The notes under the pieces are model-generated. The model did no database searches and was not told the origin of the DNA. It was given only the letters and a program-made list of their open reading frames with translations. A program made the position numbers and the translations under genes. This document shows, in pieces, positions 9,850-19,912 of a stretch of 64,000 bases of DNA. Where the stretch lies: contig CAXXLF010000002.1 of NCBI GenBank assembly GCA_963664015.2, positions 1,760,001-1,824,000 on the forward strand, in the 5' to 3' direction. Each line of letters opens with the position of its first letter. The first letter of the stretch is position 1. This DNA comes from Candidatus Binatia bacterium (GTDB taxonomy: Bacteria > Desulfobacterota > Binatia > UBA9968 > CAXXLF01).

Positions 9850-10460
9850 CCTAGTTCATTAGACAAATACTCCTATTTTTCCCTTGCAAAGGATAATAAA
9901 AACGATTAATAAATTGCACCCACCACACTTTTTGTAGATGATACTCTTCATACCGTAAAAGAGATAAAAGACCCTTTATGCCGAAGCTATCATAATTGTC
10001 CGATGCCAACTCCCAGAACCTTCTTTTTTATATGCTTTCTACTCACTATAAATGACATCGTAAGAAGCCTATAAGACCTTGTAATGACAGCTAAAAAAGA
10101 ATCTCCGGATATAAGTTATCCACAGCTGTGGATAAAGCTGTTTATAAGCCTCCTATTTTGTTTCTTATAAAACAGTTAGTTATACTACATAGAAGCTGCT
10201 AGAGAGAATCAAAAGAATTACTAGCATTCTGCTGGGGAGAACCTGTGGGGCCTACCTGCACGAGTGTGAATAAGGGACCGCCCGAACGTTATGATGGACA
10301 ATGCGACTTGATACAAGAGTCAATTTCAGAGATAGCTATGAACAGTAAACACCGTGACATATCAATTTGTTCTTGAGGTTATCCCCATAATCCACAGTAC
10401 CTACTACTACTACTGATTTAAATAGATAAGATAAGAGTAATAGGGTTTAACCTCGCCAGT
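9850..10460. promoter_or_regulatory. oriC: probable chromosomal replication origin (oriC)
   Basis: AT-rich intergenic region; TTATCCACA 10116-10124, TGTGGATAA 10127-10135, TGTGAATAA 10265-10273; tandem TTATCCCCA/TAATCCACA 10379-10396, then (CTA)4 DnaA-trios 10401-10412 and an AT-rich tract; just upstream of dnaN. Confidence 0.85.
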
Positions 10461-10480
10461 TAGTAAAAGGAGCCATTTGA

Positions 10481-11587
10481 ATGGAACTCAAGGCAAAACG
10501 ACTAGAGTTTTTGGAAGCCCTGCATTGGACCCAGAGTACGGTAGAACGAAGAACTACCATGCCGATTCTTGCCAATGTATTAATTGAATTCCGCCAAGGG
10601 GATACTCGAGTCACAGCAACGGATCTGGAAATAGGGGTCAGGGCCAAACTCGAAGCGGAAGTGGTTGAAGAGGGAGCTATAACCCTGAATGCAAAGAAGC
10701 TATATGAGATTGTCCGAGAGTCTTCGGGAGATATCATTAACCTGAAACGCTTGGAAAATGATTGGGTGGAAATCAAGAGCGGGAAGTCCGTATTCAAGAT
10801 GGTGGGGTTGGACCCGAAAGACTATCCGACGTTCCCCGAGTTTAACGCGGATACTCTTTTTCCTATCCCGGCCAAGGTTATGAAGGAGATGATCGATAAA
10901 ACGATTTTCTCTGTCTCTACGGATGAGACACGGTCTAATCTTAACGGGGCATTTTTGGAGGCGGGGGAAGGGGGAAATGTGCGAATGGTGGCTACCGATG
11001 GTCATCGATTGGCAATGGTGGAAAGGCAGGTTGGGGCTTTGGGAATTACTAAGGGGGTGATTCTTCCAAGAAAAGGGTTGGCTGAATTGCGTAAATTATT
11101 AGAGGAGGCGGATGAAGGGGTGGCTCAACTGGGATTCAAAGAGAGTATGGCTCTGGTCGTCAAAGGAAAAGTGGAACTCTTTATGCGATTGGCCGAGGCT
11201 GATTTTCCAGATTATAGTAAGGTCATACCAAAGGGCAATCCGTACAACGTGAAGATTGAGCAGCATGGGTTTTTACAGGCTTTGCGACGTGTGTCCATAC
11301 TGTCGAGCGAGCGGTATAAGGGGATAAAAATTGACCTTAAACCGACGGCTATGGCGATATCTGTGAATAACCCGGATTTGGGTGAGGCCGTTGAAGAACT
11401 TGATGTCGAGTATGAAGGAAAGGCCATCTCCGTCGGGTTTAACGCTCGTTACCTGATCGATGTACTTAGTGTCTTGAAAGATGACAGTGAGGTTGACATC
11501 GAACTGAAGGACGAACTGAGTCCCGGTCTGTTTAGGCAGGGTGGGGATGAGGGCTACATGTATGTGGTGATGCCGATGAAGCTCTAG
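10481..11587 (+). CDS. dnaN: DNA polymerase III subunit beta (sliding clamp)
   Basis: PILANV, ATDLEI, VATDGHRLA, FPDY, GFNARYL and C-terminal VVMPMKL. Confidence 0.97.
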   Translation: MELKAKRLEFLEALHWTQSTVERRTTMPILANVLIEFRQGDTRVTATDLEIGVRAKLEAEVVEEGAITLNAKKLYEIVRESSGDIINLKRLENDWVEIKSGKSVFKMVGLDPKDYPTFPEFNADTLFPIPAKVMKEMIDKTIFSVSTDETRSNLNGAFLEAGEGGNVRMVATDGHRLAMVERQVGALGITKGVILPRKGLAELRKLLEEADEGVAQLGFKESMALVVKGKVELFMRLAEADFPDYSKVIPKGNPYNVKIEQHGFLQALRRVSILSSERYKGIKIDLKPTAMAISVNNPDLGEAVEELDVEYEGKAISVGFNARYLIDVLSVLKDDSEVDIELKDELSPGLFRQGGDEGYMYVVMPMKL

Positions 11588-11649
11588 GGGAGAGAGGTTT
11601 GCTAAGAAACGTTAATTAAAGTAGGAGAGACCCGGTGGAGGACGTTCCC

Positions 11650-12156
11650 ATGGCGGTGCATGAGCATAAGGAAAAGGCCCCTAATACACTTGGTCTATTT
11701 GTTATTACCATTAGTGATAGTCGTACCGAGTCAACGGACCACAGCGGTCAATTAATCAAACAGCATTTAATGTCGCTTCAGCGCCGATTTGTTGACTATC
11801 GTATTGTGCGCGATGAACCGGAGGAAATTGAGTCCTTGATTCGTGGGGCGCTGGTACGGAGGGACTTGGATGTCATTCTCCTTAATGGTGGTACGGGTAT
11901 CTCACCACGAGACGGGACATATGAGGTAGTTAATCGGATCCTGGAAAAACGCTTGGAGGGATTTGGTGAAATCTTTCGCTATCTGAGTTTTCAGGAGATC
12001 GGTTCGGCCGCCATTATGAGCCGTGCAGTGGCAGGCGTAGCGCAAGGGAAAGTGATCATATCGCTTCCTGGATCGCCGGGGGCTGTCGATTTGGCGATGC
12101 GTCAGCTAGTTCTACCAGAGCTTGGGCATTTGGTTAGCCAGGTAAAGGGACAATGA
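11650..12156 (+). CDS. moaB: molybdenum cofactor biosynthesis protein B (MogA/MoaB)
   Basis: TISDSR, GGTGISPRD, GFGEIFR, SRA.AG and SLPGSP motifs. Confidence 0.9.
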   Translation: MAVHEHKEKAPNTLGLFVITISDSRTESTDHSGQLIKQHLMSLQRRFVDYRIVRDEPEEIESLIRGALVRRDLDVILLNGGTGISPRDGTYEVVNRILEKRLEGFGEIFRYLSFQEIGSAAIMSRAVAGVAQGKVIISLPGSPGAVDLAMRQLVLPELGHLVSQVKGQ

Positions 12157-12398
12157 AAGTGACGGTGAAATTGTTTGCTGCCCTGAGGCAGCAAGTAGGA
12201 AGTGGGGAGCTTTCTAAGGAAATCGAGGAAGGGAGCACGGTAGAGCAACTTTGGGATTTTCTCCGCGAAGAATCTCCACAGCTTCCGGACATGAAAGGGA
12301 GCTTGCTTTATGCCGTCAACAGAAACTATGTGACCAGAGATCACGTCCTTCAAGATCAGGACGAGGTGGTTTTTGTTCCGCCGGTGAGCGGGGGCTAA
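12153..12398 (+). CDS. moaD: molybdopterin synthase sulfur carrier subunit
   Basis: Ubiquitin-like protein ending PPVSGG. Confidence 0.93.
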   Translation: MKVTVKLFAALRQQVGSGELSKEIEEGSTVEQLWDFLREESPQLPDMKGSLLYAVNRNYVTRDHVLQDQDEVVFVPPVSGG

Positions 12399-12401
12399 CG
12401 G

Positions 12402-12842
12402 GTGTTTAGAGTTACTTCCGAAGCGTTGAATCTACAGGAGTTGATTACTTTCGTGGGCGGCCCTGAAGCGGGAGCTATCGCTACCTTTATCGGCACGGCC
12501 CGTAATTATAACGAAGGCAGAAACGTTACGTTGCTAGAATACGAGGCCTACCCGGAAATGGCGGAACAGGAGTTGCGTCGGTTGGGGCAAGAGGCGATGG
12601 GACAATGGGATCTATGCCGCATGGCGATTGTCCACCGTGTAGGGCCGGTGCATATAGGAGAGGCCAGTGTGGTGATTGCAGTCTCCTCTGGACATCGGCA
12701 GGATGCGTTCGCAGCTTGTCGGTTCGCCATTGAAGAGATCAAGAAAAGAGTACCGATCTGGAAGAAAGAAGTATTTGAAGGGGGTGAGGTATGGATTGGC
12801 ACACAAAGTGGCCAAGCCTTCTCCCCACCATCACGAAAATAG
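12402..12842 (+). CDS. moaE: molybdopterin synthase catalytic subunit
   Basis: LEYEAYPEMA, HRVG, HR.DAF and PIWKKE motifs. Confidence 0.93.
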   Translation: MFRVTSEALNLQELITFVGGPEAGAIATFIGTARNYNEGRNVTLLEYEAYPEMAEQELRRLGQEAMGQWDLCRMAIVHRVGPVHIGEASVVIAVSSGHRQDAFAACRFAIEEIKKRVPIWKKEVFEGGEVWIGTQSGQAFSPPSRK

Positions 12843-12866
12843 CCAGGTCAGGTTAACGAACTGTAG

Positions 12867-13526
12867 TTAGGTTGACCCTCCTCCCTTAAGAACTTTTTTC
12901 CTTACCCTCCCACGAAGCCACACGATAGCGCCGATCAACAGGAGAATAATACACATTGAGATCAGGGTCTCGGTACGGTCAATTCCATGGGCGAGACGGT
13001 GGTACGTGTCACCCAGTCCCCATCCCAGGTACCCTAGGAGGAGGCAACGGGGGATGCTACCGTATAAGGTCCACAGGGTAAAAGTCACTGGTGGGAGCCG
13101 GACAAAGCCCGCGGCGGCGGAAATCAATGACAGAGGAAAAATGGGTAATGCACGAAGGAAGAAAATGGTAGCCTTGATATGGCTACCGCGCAGCCGTTGC
13201 TGAAAGGCGTCGACATCGCTCCAATCGAGACCTAGGAATCCCTTCCAGCGCTCGACCAGCGGCTTCCCGCCCCAGAATCCGATACCATATCCAATGTAGG
13301 CACCCAGCGTTGAGCCTAAGGCTCCAGGGAGCACTATCAGAAGCACGATGGGTATGAAGGCACCGGTGAAATTCAGATCAGGACTGATTAGGATAAAGCC
13401 CGCCCCCATGATCACTAAAGGGGACGGAATAGGAACGATCACCGACTCGATGATCACACCCACGAAAACGCTCCAGCCACCATATGAGCGAATAGATTCC
13501 ATGATCCAATTGAGAATTTCTCCCAT
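12867..13526 (-). CDS. DedA/SNARE-associated family membrane protein
   Basis: IES..VPIPS, GY.IG..GG and F.R..P motifs. Confidence 0.85.
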   Translation of the reverse strand: MGEILNWIMESIRSYGGWSVFVGVIIESVIVPIPSPLVIMGAGFILISPDLNFTGAFIPIVLLIVLPGALGSTLGAYIGYGIGFWGGKPLVERWKGFLGLDWSDVDAFQQRLRGSHIKATIFFLRALPIFPLSLISAAAGFVRLPPVTFTLWTLYGSIPRCLLLGYLGWGLGDTYHRLAHGIDRTETLISMCIILLLIGAIVWLRGRVRKKVLKGGGST

Positions 13527-13538
13527 CAAAACCTCCCG

Positions 13539-14978
13539 TTAAAGAACTCCGGTTTGGCTTAAGAGGTAAGCTACAGCCAGTGCCAAGTAGGCCAAACAGG
13601 ATACGGACAAGAAAAATAGACTGACATGACCGGGTCGGGTCTCTGGTGGTAGGTAACGAGGCCGCACGACGTGGTTCAGAAAAATCAACGCCACCGAGAA
13701 GAGTACCGTACCGAGCAAGCCGATCACAACAGATAAGAGAATAAGCGGACCGGGTGCGTCCAAAAGGATGGTGACAGCGGTCACGACAGTGAGAAGGAGC
13801 ACGAAGAGGAGGTACCAAGAACGTGCGGGAATCACTCGTGCCGCGGGAAAAAACCCGTAGACAAAGTCTGTATGGATTCGGCTCACCCCATTTACTGTAG
13901 CTAGCCAGGTATCCGATAGAAAGACTGCAGCCACGACCAGGAAGAGCATACGTCTCCATGCGCCCCAGCTGACCTCCAAAAAACGGCTCTGCACAACGGC
14001 CAACTCGTAATGCTCGGGGATCAATCCCGTGGGGCAGAGCAGGGCGTAGGCGAGGAGACAGGTTAGCAGAGTCGTGAGAATATTACCACCCACACCAATA
14101 TCGATGTCGCAGAGTAAGAATCTTTGCCAGTGGGGAAACTGGCGCAGCGAGGGATCAGGCTGGGGCATGAAACCGGATGTGGGTATGGCCTCCGGCTTGC
14201 CGGAAACAGGACCCGTAATGCGCCCAATATAGTGGGCCATTCCGATGCCCTTGTCTCGGATCCAGTAGGAGTACAGAAGGGTCCAGAACCCACCCCATCC
14301 GGCGAACGTGATGGCGGTTAACAGTTTGGTGGCATCATCGGGATCCCACGGTCGTGGCATGGGCAAATGGGGAACAAACAAACCGCTCAGGAACGATGGA
14401 AGAGCGGCCCGGGCGTCGGGATGAGAGCTGGCCCAAAACAAGCCGAACAGGGTAACTAGGGCCACTCCCCACATGAAGGTTTCGGCCAGGCAGTAAACAA
14501 CCCGGCTGAGAAGGATAGCGGTTAAAAACACGAACATCGAGCAATAGGCCCAGAAAAGGGTCTACGCTCGTTAGCTCCAGCCGGCTGGAAAATCGGTCAA
14601 CGCTGCAAGGGAGGTGCCGCCAGCGGCCGCAAAGGCTCCGAACCAAAGAAAAGATACTGTGATGAGTATCCAAAGAATCAACGCGAAAAACCGATTGAGT
14701 CGAATAAAACCCTGGCAGACGCTTTCCCCCGTGAGCATGGTGTAGCGGCCGATCTCGTAGATAATCGGGAATTGGAGTAAACAGGCCGGTAGAAGGAGAA
14801 AGAGAAAAGTGAGCCCATACTTAGCAACGATATAGGGCCACCAGGTAAGTTCCCCGCTACCCTGGGCCAGGGCCATGAATATGATGCCCGGTCCAAGGGC
14901 AGTGAATAGTCCGGGCCATACAGGAAACGAGGCCTTCCTGTATTGCGGGAAAGTCCCCTAGGGTGTGCGGGTCGCCAT
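13539..14978 (-). pseudogene. Nramp/YcsG-like divalent metal transporter with three in-frame stops
   Basis: Single frame from ATG 14978: LGPGII.MALAQGSGEL..WP, EIGRYT..TGES, GGFWTLLYSYW; stops TAG 14958-14960, TAA 14571-14573 and TAG 14562-14564. Confidence 0.85.
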
Positions 14979-14982
14979 CGGA

Positions 14983-15717
14983 TCAGGTTTCCTCAATACG
15001 GTGAATGGAATCCGGGGGCAAGGAGCAGAGAAACTGATCAAAGGCCTGTTTTAAATAGCTCTCCTGTTTTGATTCGAGGGTCACCTTGACCCGAAAATGG
15101 GGATTACCGATCACAGGGTAGGAGCCGAGGGAGAGCTCGGGGAAACTGGCTATCAGGTCGTTGAGCTTGGCAGCGAGAACGCCCTCGCCCTCCTTGACAT
15201 AGACGATCTTAAGGAAAAATGGGGTATCGCGGAATCTATCCTTGATGGCATGAAAACGATCCTGGAGGATCTTGGGAATACCGGGGAAGATGTAAACGTT
15301 ACGAAACTTGGTAACGGGGGCAAAGAGCGAGTCTTCAGCGATCAGTTCCGTGCCGTCAGGAACCTCCGCCATTCGAAGGCGGGCGCTGTTAATCTGCTCG
15401 CCATGGCGGTCACGGAGTCGCTGCTCGAGATCCGGGTGGCGGACGACTTGAACCTGAAATCCATGGGCGATACCCTCCATGGTGACATCGTCATGGGTTG
15501 GCCCGACACCGCCAGTGGTGAACACCAGATCCCACTGGCGGGAAAACAAGGTCGCCTCGCGACCGATGAGTTCCACGTCGTCGGGAATGACCGAGATTCT
15601 CTGGACATCTACGCCAAGAGCTCTGAGCTCTTGGCAGAGAAAATGCGAGTTGATATCCTGGGTTTTCCCAGAGAGCATTTCGTTACCGATGATGATGATA
15701 CCAGCCGTCTTGGACAT
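14983..15717 (-). CDS. CinA-N/molybdopterin-binding family protein (FAD/ADP-ribose pyrophosphatase-like)
   Basis: IIIGNE.LSGK..D.N, TGGVGPTHDDVT, FPGIP and GSYP motifs. Confidence 0.85.
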   Translation of the reverse strand: MSKTAGIIIIGNEMLSGKTQDINSHFLCQELRALGVDVQRISVIPDDVELIGREATLFSRQWDLVFTTGGVGPTHDDVTMEGIAHGFQVQVVRHPDLEQRLRDRHGEQINSARLRMAEVPDGTELIAEDSLFAPVTKFRNVYIFPGIPKILQDRFHAIKDRFRDTPFFLKIVYVKEGEGVLAAKLNDLIASFPELSLGSYPVIGNPHFRVKVTLESKQESYLKQAFDQFLCSLPPDSIHRIEET

Positions 15718-15810
15718 GGAAACGGTCCCGTCTCCTTGGAGTTCTACACACTATACCAGAAGATTTCCTGAGAGTCAGGCATTGGGGGATGCGGTGTATG
15801 GAGTGGTGGA

Positions 15811-15981
15811 TCAGGTATCGAACTCGCTGCAGCTCTGAAAATAACCGCACTGGACCCTGGGGCAGACCAACCGGCACTTGTGGTTCATGAGCTTTGAGCC
15901 GCACACAGGGCAGAATTCCCACCAGTTCTCAGGGGTCCCAGTCGCAGCAGTGGTTGCCGGGATATCTGGACGCTTTTCCAT
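15811..15981 (-). CDS. small CPxCG zinc-finger microprotein (56 aa), not in the ORF track
   Basis: MEKRPDIPATTAATGTPENWWEFCPVCGSKLMNHKCRLVCPRVQCGYFQSCSEFDT*; six Cys; GGAAAGG upstream. Confidence 0.75.
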   Translation of the reverse strand: MEKRPDIPATTAATGTPENWWEFCPVCGSKLMNHKCRLVCPRVQCGYFQSCSEFDT

Positions 15982-16099
15982 GGGGGCCTTTCCACCCGTA
16001 CTCTTGATAGCTCCGTGAGTTGGTTCGGGATGAGAGTTATTGATTTCCTACCGGGAGCTTACGGCCAAAGTCAACGACCTAAGTCTATGAAACATGGGT

Positions 16100-16678
16100 C
16101 TACTTGCGAATACGCACCAGGGTTCCAAGGGGTACACGGCGAAAGAGCTCATCGACATCCCGGTTGGTTAACGCAACACACCCGTTGGTCCAATCCATAT
16201 CACCGATTAGCCTGAGTTTAAAGTTTTCATTATCGCCGATACCGTGGATACCAAGAAAACCCCCGAGGGAAGTGTTCCAAGGTGGCTTCATCCCTTTCCT
16301 GCTTGTGTAGAGGATGTCTACCCATTGGGAAGCAGTCAGGCGACCTTCATGGTATGCGCGGTCCGCATCTTTGACATTGGGGTAATCGATGGTGATGAAG
16401 CGGTGAAATTTGCTGTTGGCGTTCTTCTCGATCACCCGGTAGTTGCCTTCCGGGGTACGATTATCACCACGTTTTATTTTATCCCCCTTGGGGGAACTGC
16501 CCAGAAAGATCCGATACATCTTGATCGGTTGATTGCCCTTGTATAACCAGAGTTGGTGTGCCTTCTTCAATACGGTCATAGAGAACTCGGCGCGAATGGT
16601 GGGGTTCACCGGTTCTTGTCCACCGACGTCTGTTACCATGATAAAAAATAAGGCTAGCAGTAGTCCTAGAATCCTCAT
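16100..16678 (-). CDS. L,D-transpeptidase (YkuD) family protein with signal peptide
   Basis: GD.RTPEG.Y, DYPN, GIHG and DWTNGCVAL catalytic His/Cys motif. Confidence 0.88.
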   Translation of the reverse strand: MRILGLLLALFFIMVTDVGGQEPVNPTIRAEFSMTVLKKAHQLWLYKGNQPIKMYRIFLGSSPKGDKIKRGDNRTPEGNYRVIEKNANSKFHRFITIDYPNVKDADRAYHEGRLTASQWVDILYTSRKGMKPPWNTSLGGFLGIHGIGDNENFKLRLIGDMDWTNGCVALTNRDVDELFRRVPLGTLVRIRK

Positions 16679-16785
16679 AACAGGAAATCATTTTACACCG
16701 AGTGGAGGGCCGGTGACAACCCAAAGGGAGCCCATTAGTAAGCCGTTGGACTTCCAGCGGATACCGTAATATATTTCACGAACTT

Positions 16786-17748
16786 ATGTCCAAGATCGTC
16801 GTTCAAATAGAAGGTCTGCGAAAGCGCTTCGGATCCGTGATAGCGCTGGATGACATTTCCTTCGAAGTCATGGAAGGCCAAATCTTCGGCCTCCTGGGCC
16901 CCAACGGCGCGGGAAAGACAACCATAATCAAGATCCTAACAACGCTAGTAGCGCCTGATAGCGGCACCGCCCGTGTCTCCGATGCCGATGTTTTTACGGA
17001 TCCGATCAAGGTTAGAAGCCTCATCGGTTATGTTCCGCAAGAGCTCACCGTGGACCCCTATCTGACCGCCCGGGAGCATTTGCAGTACTATGCGGACCTC
17101 TACCATTTGTCCGCCGGGGTGCGAGACGCTAAAGTGAGCGAACTTTTGCTGCTGCTGGGGTTGGTAGGATCGGAGGACCGGCGGGTCAAAACCTTCTCCG
17201 GCGGCATGAAGAAAAAGCTCGACCTGGCCTGCGGACTGATTCATCAACCACCGGTCCTTTTCCTTGACGAGCCCTCCCTTGGGCTGGACGTCCAGGTACG
17301 GCGCGAGGTCTGGAATTATATTCTTGGGCTGAAGGAACGGGGAACCACGATTCTTTTAAGCACGAACTATATGGACGAGGCCCAACGGCTCTGTGATGAG
17401 CTGGCGATCATTGATCACGGTAAGATTGTCGCTCTTGGAACACCGTCGGGGCTGCAGGGGGAACTCAAGAGAGACGTAGTCGTGGTTGAAATGGATCCGA
17501 CCAAGCACTATCCGGAGGAACGGTTACGTGATCTAGAACAGGCCATGCGAGACCTGCCTATGGTCCGGGAGACCCGGCAGGACGGGCCCCAACTGCGGCT
17601 TTACGTTGACGGCAATGAAACGGCGCTGCCTCAGATCCTCGAGGCTGCCAGATTGTTGGACCTAGCAATCCAGTCTATCGCACAAAGCCGTCCGGGCCTC
17701 GATGAGGTCTTTCTACACCATACGGGTCACTCCTGGAGTGTGAATTAG
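16786..17748 (+). CDS. ABC-2 exporter ATP-binding subunit (DrrA-like)
   Basis: GPNGAGKTT, FSGGM, LFLDEP; C-terminal DUF4162-like region. Confidence 0.92.
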   Translation: MSKIVVQIEGLRKRFGSVIALDDISFEVMEGQIFGLLGPNGAGKTTIIKILTTLVAPDSGTARVSDADVFTDPIKVRSLIGYVPQELTVDPYLTAREHLQYYADLYHLSAGVRDAKVSELLLLLGLVGSEDRRVKTFSGGMKKKLDLACGLIHQPPVLFLDEPSLGLDVQVRREVWNYILGLKERGTTILLSTNYMDEAQRLCDELAIIDHGKIVALGTPSGLQGELKRDVVVVEMDPTKHYPEERLRDLEQAMRDLPMVRETRQDGPQLRLYVDGNETALPQILEAARLLDLAIQSIAQSRPGLDEVFLHHTGHSWSVN

Positions 17749-17750
17749 CC

Positions 17751-18515
17751 ATGCGTGAGTTCGTTCAAGAGACCAAGGCCCAATTAGTTCGGTGGATCCT
17801 TCACCTAAAGCGTGAACCCTTCGGTATGATTTTTAATCTTGTCAATCCGGTGATTCTCCTAATCTTTATGGGAGGGGCCTTTCAAGGGTTGGCGCAAGCG
17901 TCGATGGGGGAGAGTTACCGAAGCTACATTCTGGCAGGGATCTTGGCTCTGACGGCCTTCGGTAACAGTATGGCGGGGGGTATTGCCCTGCTTTTTGATA
18001 AGGAGAATGGTTTTCTCGTTCGATTGATGAGTGCTCCCATTTCACGGGCCTCGATTCTGGTCAGTCGCTTCCTCGCTGTGAATATCAATACATTGATTCA
18101 GTGCCTGATCATTTTAGCCCTCGGGTTTGTTTTCGGTATTCGCCTGGCGACTGGAGTAGGCGGGTTCTTTGTCCTTCTCTTAATAAGCCTTCTACTCGGG
18201 TTTGGCGTGACCGTGATATCGCTGATCCTTGCCTTTGTGTTGAAGAATCATGGTGATTTTTTTGCTGTCATGGGTATTACCGTACTCCCGCTTACATTTC
18301 TCTCCAGTGCTTTTGTGCCGCTGGACGTTATGGCAGGCTGGATGAGGGCATTGGCATGGGTGAATCCGGTGACCTACGCAGTGGATGGAATGCGGGCACT
18401 GATTCTGTCTGGATGGGATGGTCCTTCTTTGCTGCGTATGCTCCTAGTGCTCGTTTGTTTTGACGTGGCCATGTTCTTTCTAGGGGCAAAAGTATTGAAC
18501 CGACGTTTAGCCTAG
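17751..18515 (+). CDS. ABC-2 exporter permease (DrrB-like)
   Basis: Six TMs, D.E.G.L..L...P motif, NP.TYAVD..R. Confidence 0.9.
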   Translation: MREFVQETKAQLVRWILHLKREPFGMIFNLVNPVILLIFMGGAFQGLAQASMGESYRSYILAGILALTAFGNSMAGGIALLFDKENGFLVRLMSAPISRASILVSRFLAVNINTLIQCLIILALGFVFGIRLATGVGGFFVLLLISLLLGFGVTVISLILAFVLKNHGDFFAVMGITVLPLTFLSSAFVPLDVMAGWMRALAWVNPVTYAVDGMRALILSGWDGPSLLRMLLVLVCFDVAMFFLGAKVLNRRLA

Positions 18516-18577
18516 TATCGGGCCCATGCAAATTTGAAAAAACGAAGCGAGAAGTACCGCTGCTGGTGACAGACGGG

Positions 18578-19168
18578 TTAGCAGGAGCGCAGGTTAAACC
18601 TGGGTTCGGTACCCGAATACAAGCGTTGGATGTTCTCCTTGTGACGCAGGATAACCAAGGTCGATAGGATTAGGCTGACCCAGAAAACAGGAGCTCCATA
18701 TGATAGGGACCACACCAGCGCGGGGGTAACGATTGCTGCCGAGATGGATGCAAGGGAAACCCACCGTGTGGTAACTGCAACGAGAGCAAAAACAACTATT
18801 AGAACGAGGACTGCCCACGGAGTGAGGGTAGCTAAAATGCCCAGGGCTGTAGCCACTCCTTTACCGCCGCGAAATTTTAAAAAGACCGGGTAAAGGTGAC
18901 CGATGAAAGCTGCCAGGCCCGCTTGAGCCTGAACCGCCAGGTCGAAATCCAATAAAATCGCAATTAAGACAGGAACAATCCCCTTGGCCATATCGGCTAG
19001 GAGAGTGAGCAGGCCAGCCTTCCATCCCACTAACCTGACCACGTTGGTCGTGCCGATATTCCCGCTTCCACCCTGACGGACATCAACCCCGGAAAGGGTA
19101 CCGAGTACCAATCCAGTCGGGATGGAGCCGAGGAGATAGGCGAAGAGCAATATCCCTACGGTCTGCAT
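18578..19168 (-). CDS. plsY: glycerol-3-phosphate acyltransferase PlsY
   Basis: YLLGSIP, GSGNIGTTN, FRGGKGVAT and RH.ENI.RL motifs. Confidence 0.95.
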   Translation of the reverse strand: MQTVGILLFAYLLGSIPTGLVLGTLSGVDVRQGGSGNIGTTNVVRLVGWKAGLLTLLADMAKGIVPVLIAILLDFDLAVQAQAGLAAFIGHLYPVFLKFRGGKGVATALGILATLTPWAVLVLIVVFALVAVTTRWVSLASISAAIVTPALVWSLSYGAPVFWVSLILSTLVILRHKENIQRLYSGTEPRFNLRSC

Positions 19169-19185
19169 GGGTGTGATGGATAGCT

Positions 19186-19881
19186 CTAGAAGCGGAGCTT
19201 GTTCCTTTCAATGCGGTCGCGGCGGAGGTAATAGTTCCCACCGAAGATCCACCCCAGCGCGAAAAGACACAAGGGGGCCACCACCCACTGCATGCTGATC
19301 CAGGAAAGGGACTTTCGAGAAGGTCGTTTGGGGGTCGGCAATGTTACTTGCATCTTATCCTCCATTATAGCAGTGGGGGGTGGGAGCTCGGACTCGGATG
19401 GGCGTGGTGGGTAGACGGTGTCTTGGACGTTGGGCACGATGGGGGGCACGCTTTCTGCGGCCTCGGCTGGGCTTTGGACCTTGGCTACTTGAGAGAAGAC
19501 CGGTGCGGTCTCCGGGGACGTTTCTGCCTGGGAGGGTTCAACGACCGGTTGCCCGGGAAGGCCCTCGGCGGCAGTACCCGGTTCACCGTTGGGGAACTCG
19601 AGGAACTCTTGGTAGATATAACCCTTTTGTCCCTGTGGTAGGGAAACGCGGTACCAGCTACCCTCGAGGGTTTCCACATTGACGGCTTCGCCGTTCTTAA
19701 TGATCGTTACAGGGGGATGGCTGATCCCCGGGCCGGAGCGCAGGTTGATATGACTTGCCCCTGAAATTCTCCCCAAGCGATTCCCTGTCGGGGTTTGTTC
19801 TTCACTGGCCAACGGGGCGACGAGAAGAAAAAGCGTAATGGTGATAACGCCAAGACTCGCGTGTATGCAGGCTGCAGCCAC
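19186..19881 (-). CDS. SH3-domain membrane-anchored protein
   Basis: Signal peptide, bacterial SH3 (NLRSGPG...W..V....G..GYI), Pro/Glu-rich linker, C-terminal TM. Confidence 0.8.
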   Translation of the reverse strand: MAAACIHASLGVITITLFLLVAPLASEEQTPTGNRLGRISGASHINLRSGPGISHPPVTIIKNGEAVNVETLEGSWYRVSLPQGQKGYIYQEFLEFPNGEPGTAAEGLPGQPVVEPSQAETSPETAPVFSQVAKVQSPAEAAESVPPIVPNVQDTVYPPRPSESELPPPTAIMEDKMQVTLPTPKRPSRKSLSWISMQWVVAPLCLFALGWIFGGNYYLRRDRIERNKLRF

Positions 19882-19912
19882 TTTAAGGCAACGTCATACG
19901 ACTGGCGAAAGT

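Noticed and set aside
1889-14960. Stop-codon reassignment or read-through explaining in-frame TAA/TAG/TGA
   Set aside because: All three stops end core genes normally, and some broken genes also carry frameshifts or deletions; pseudogenisation is simpler
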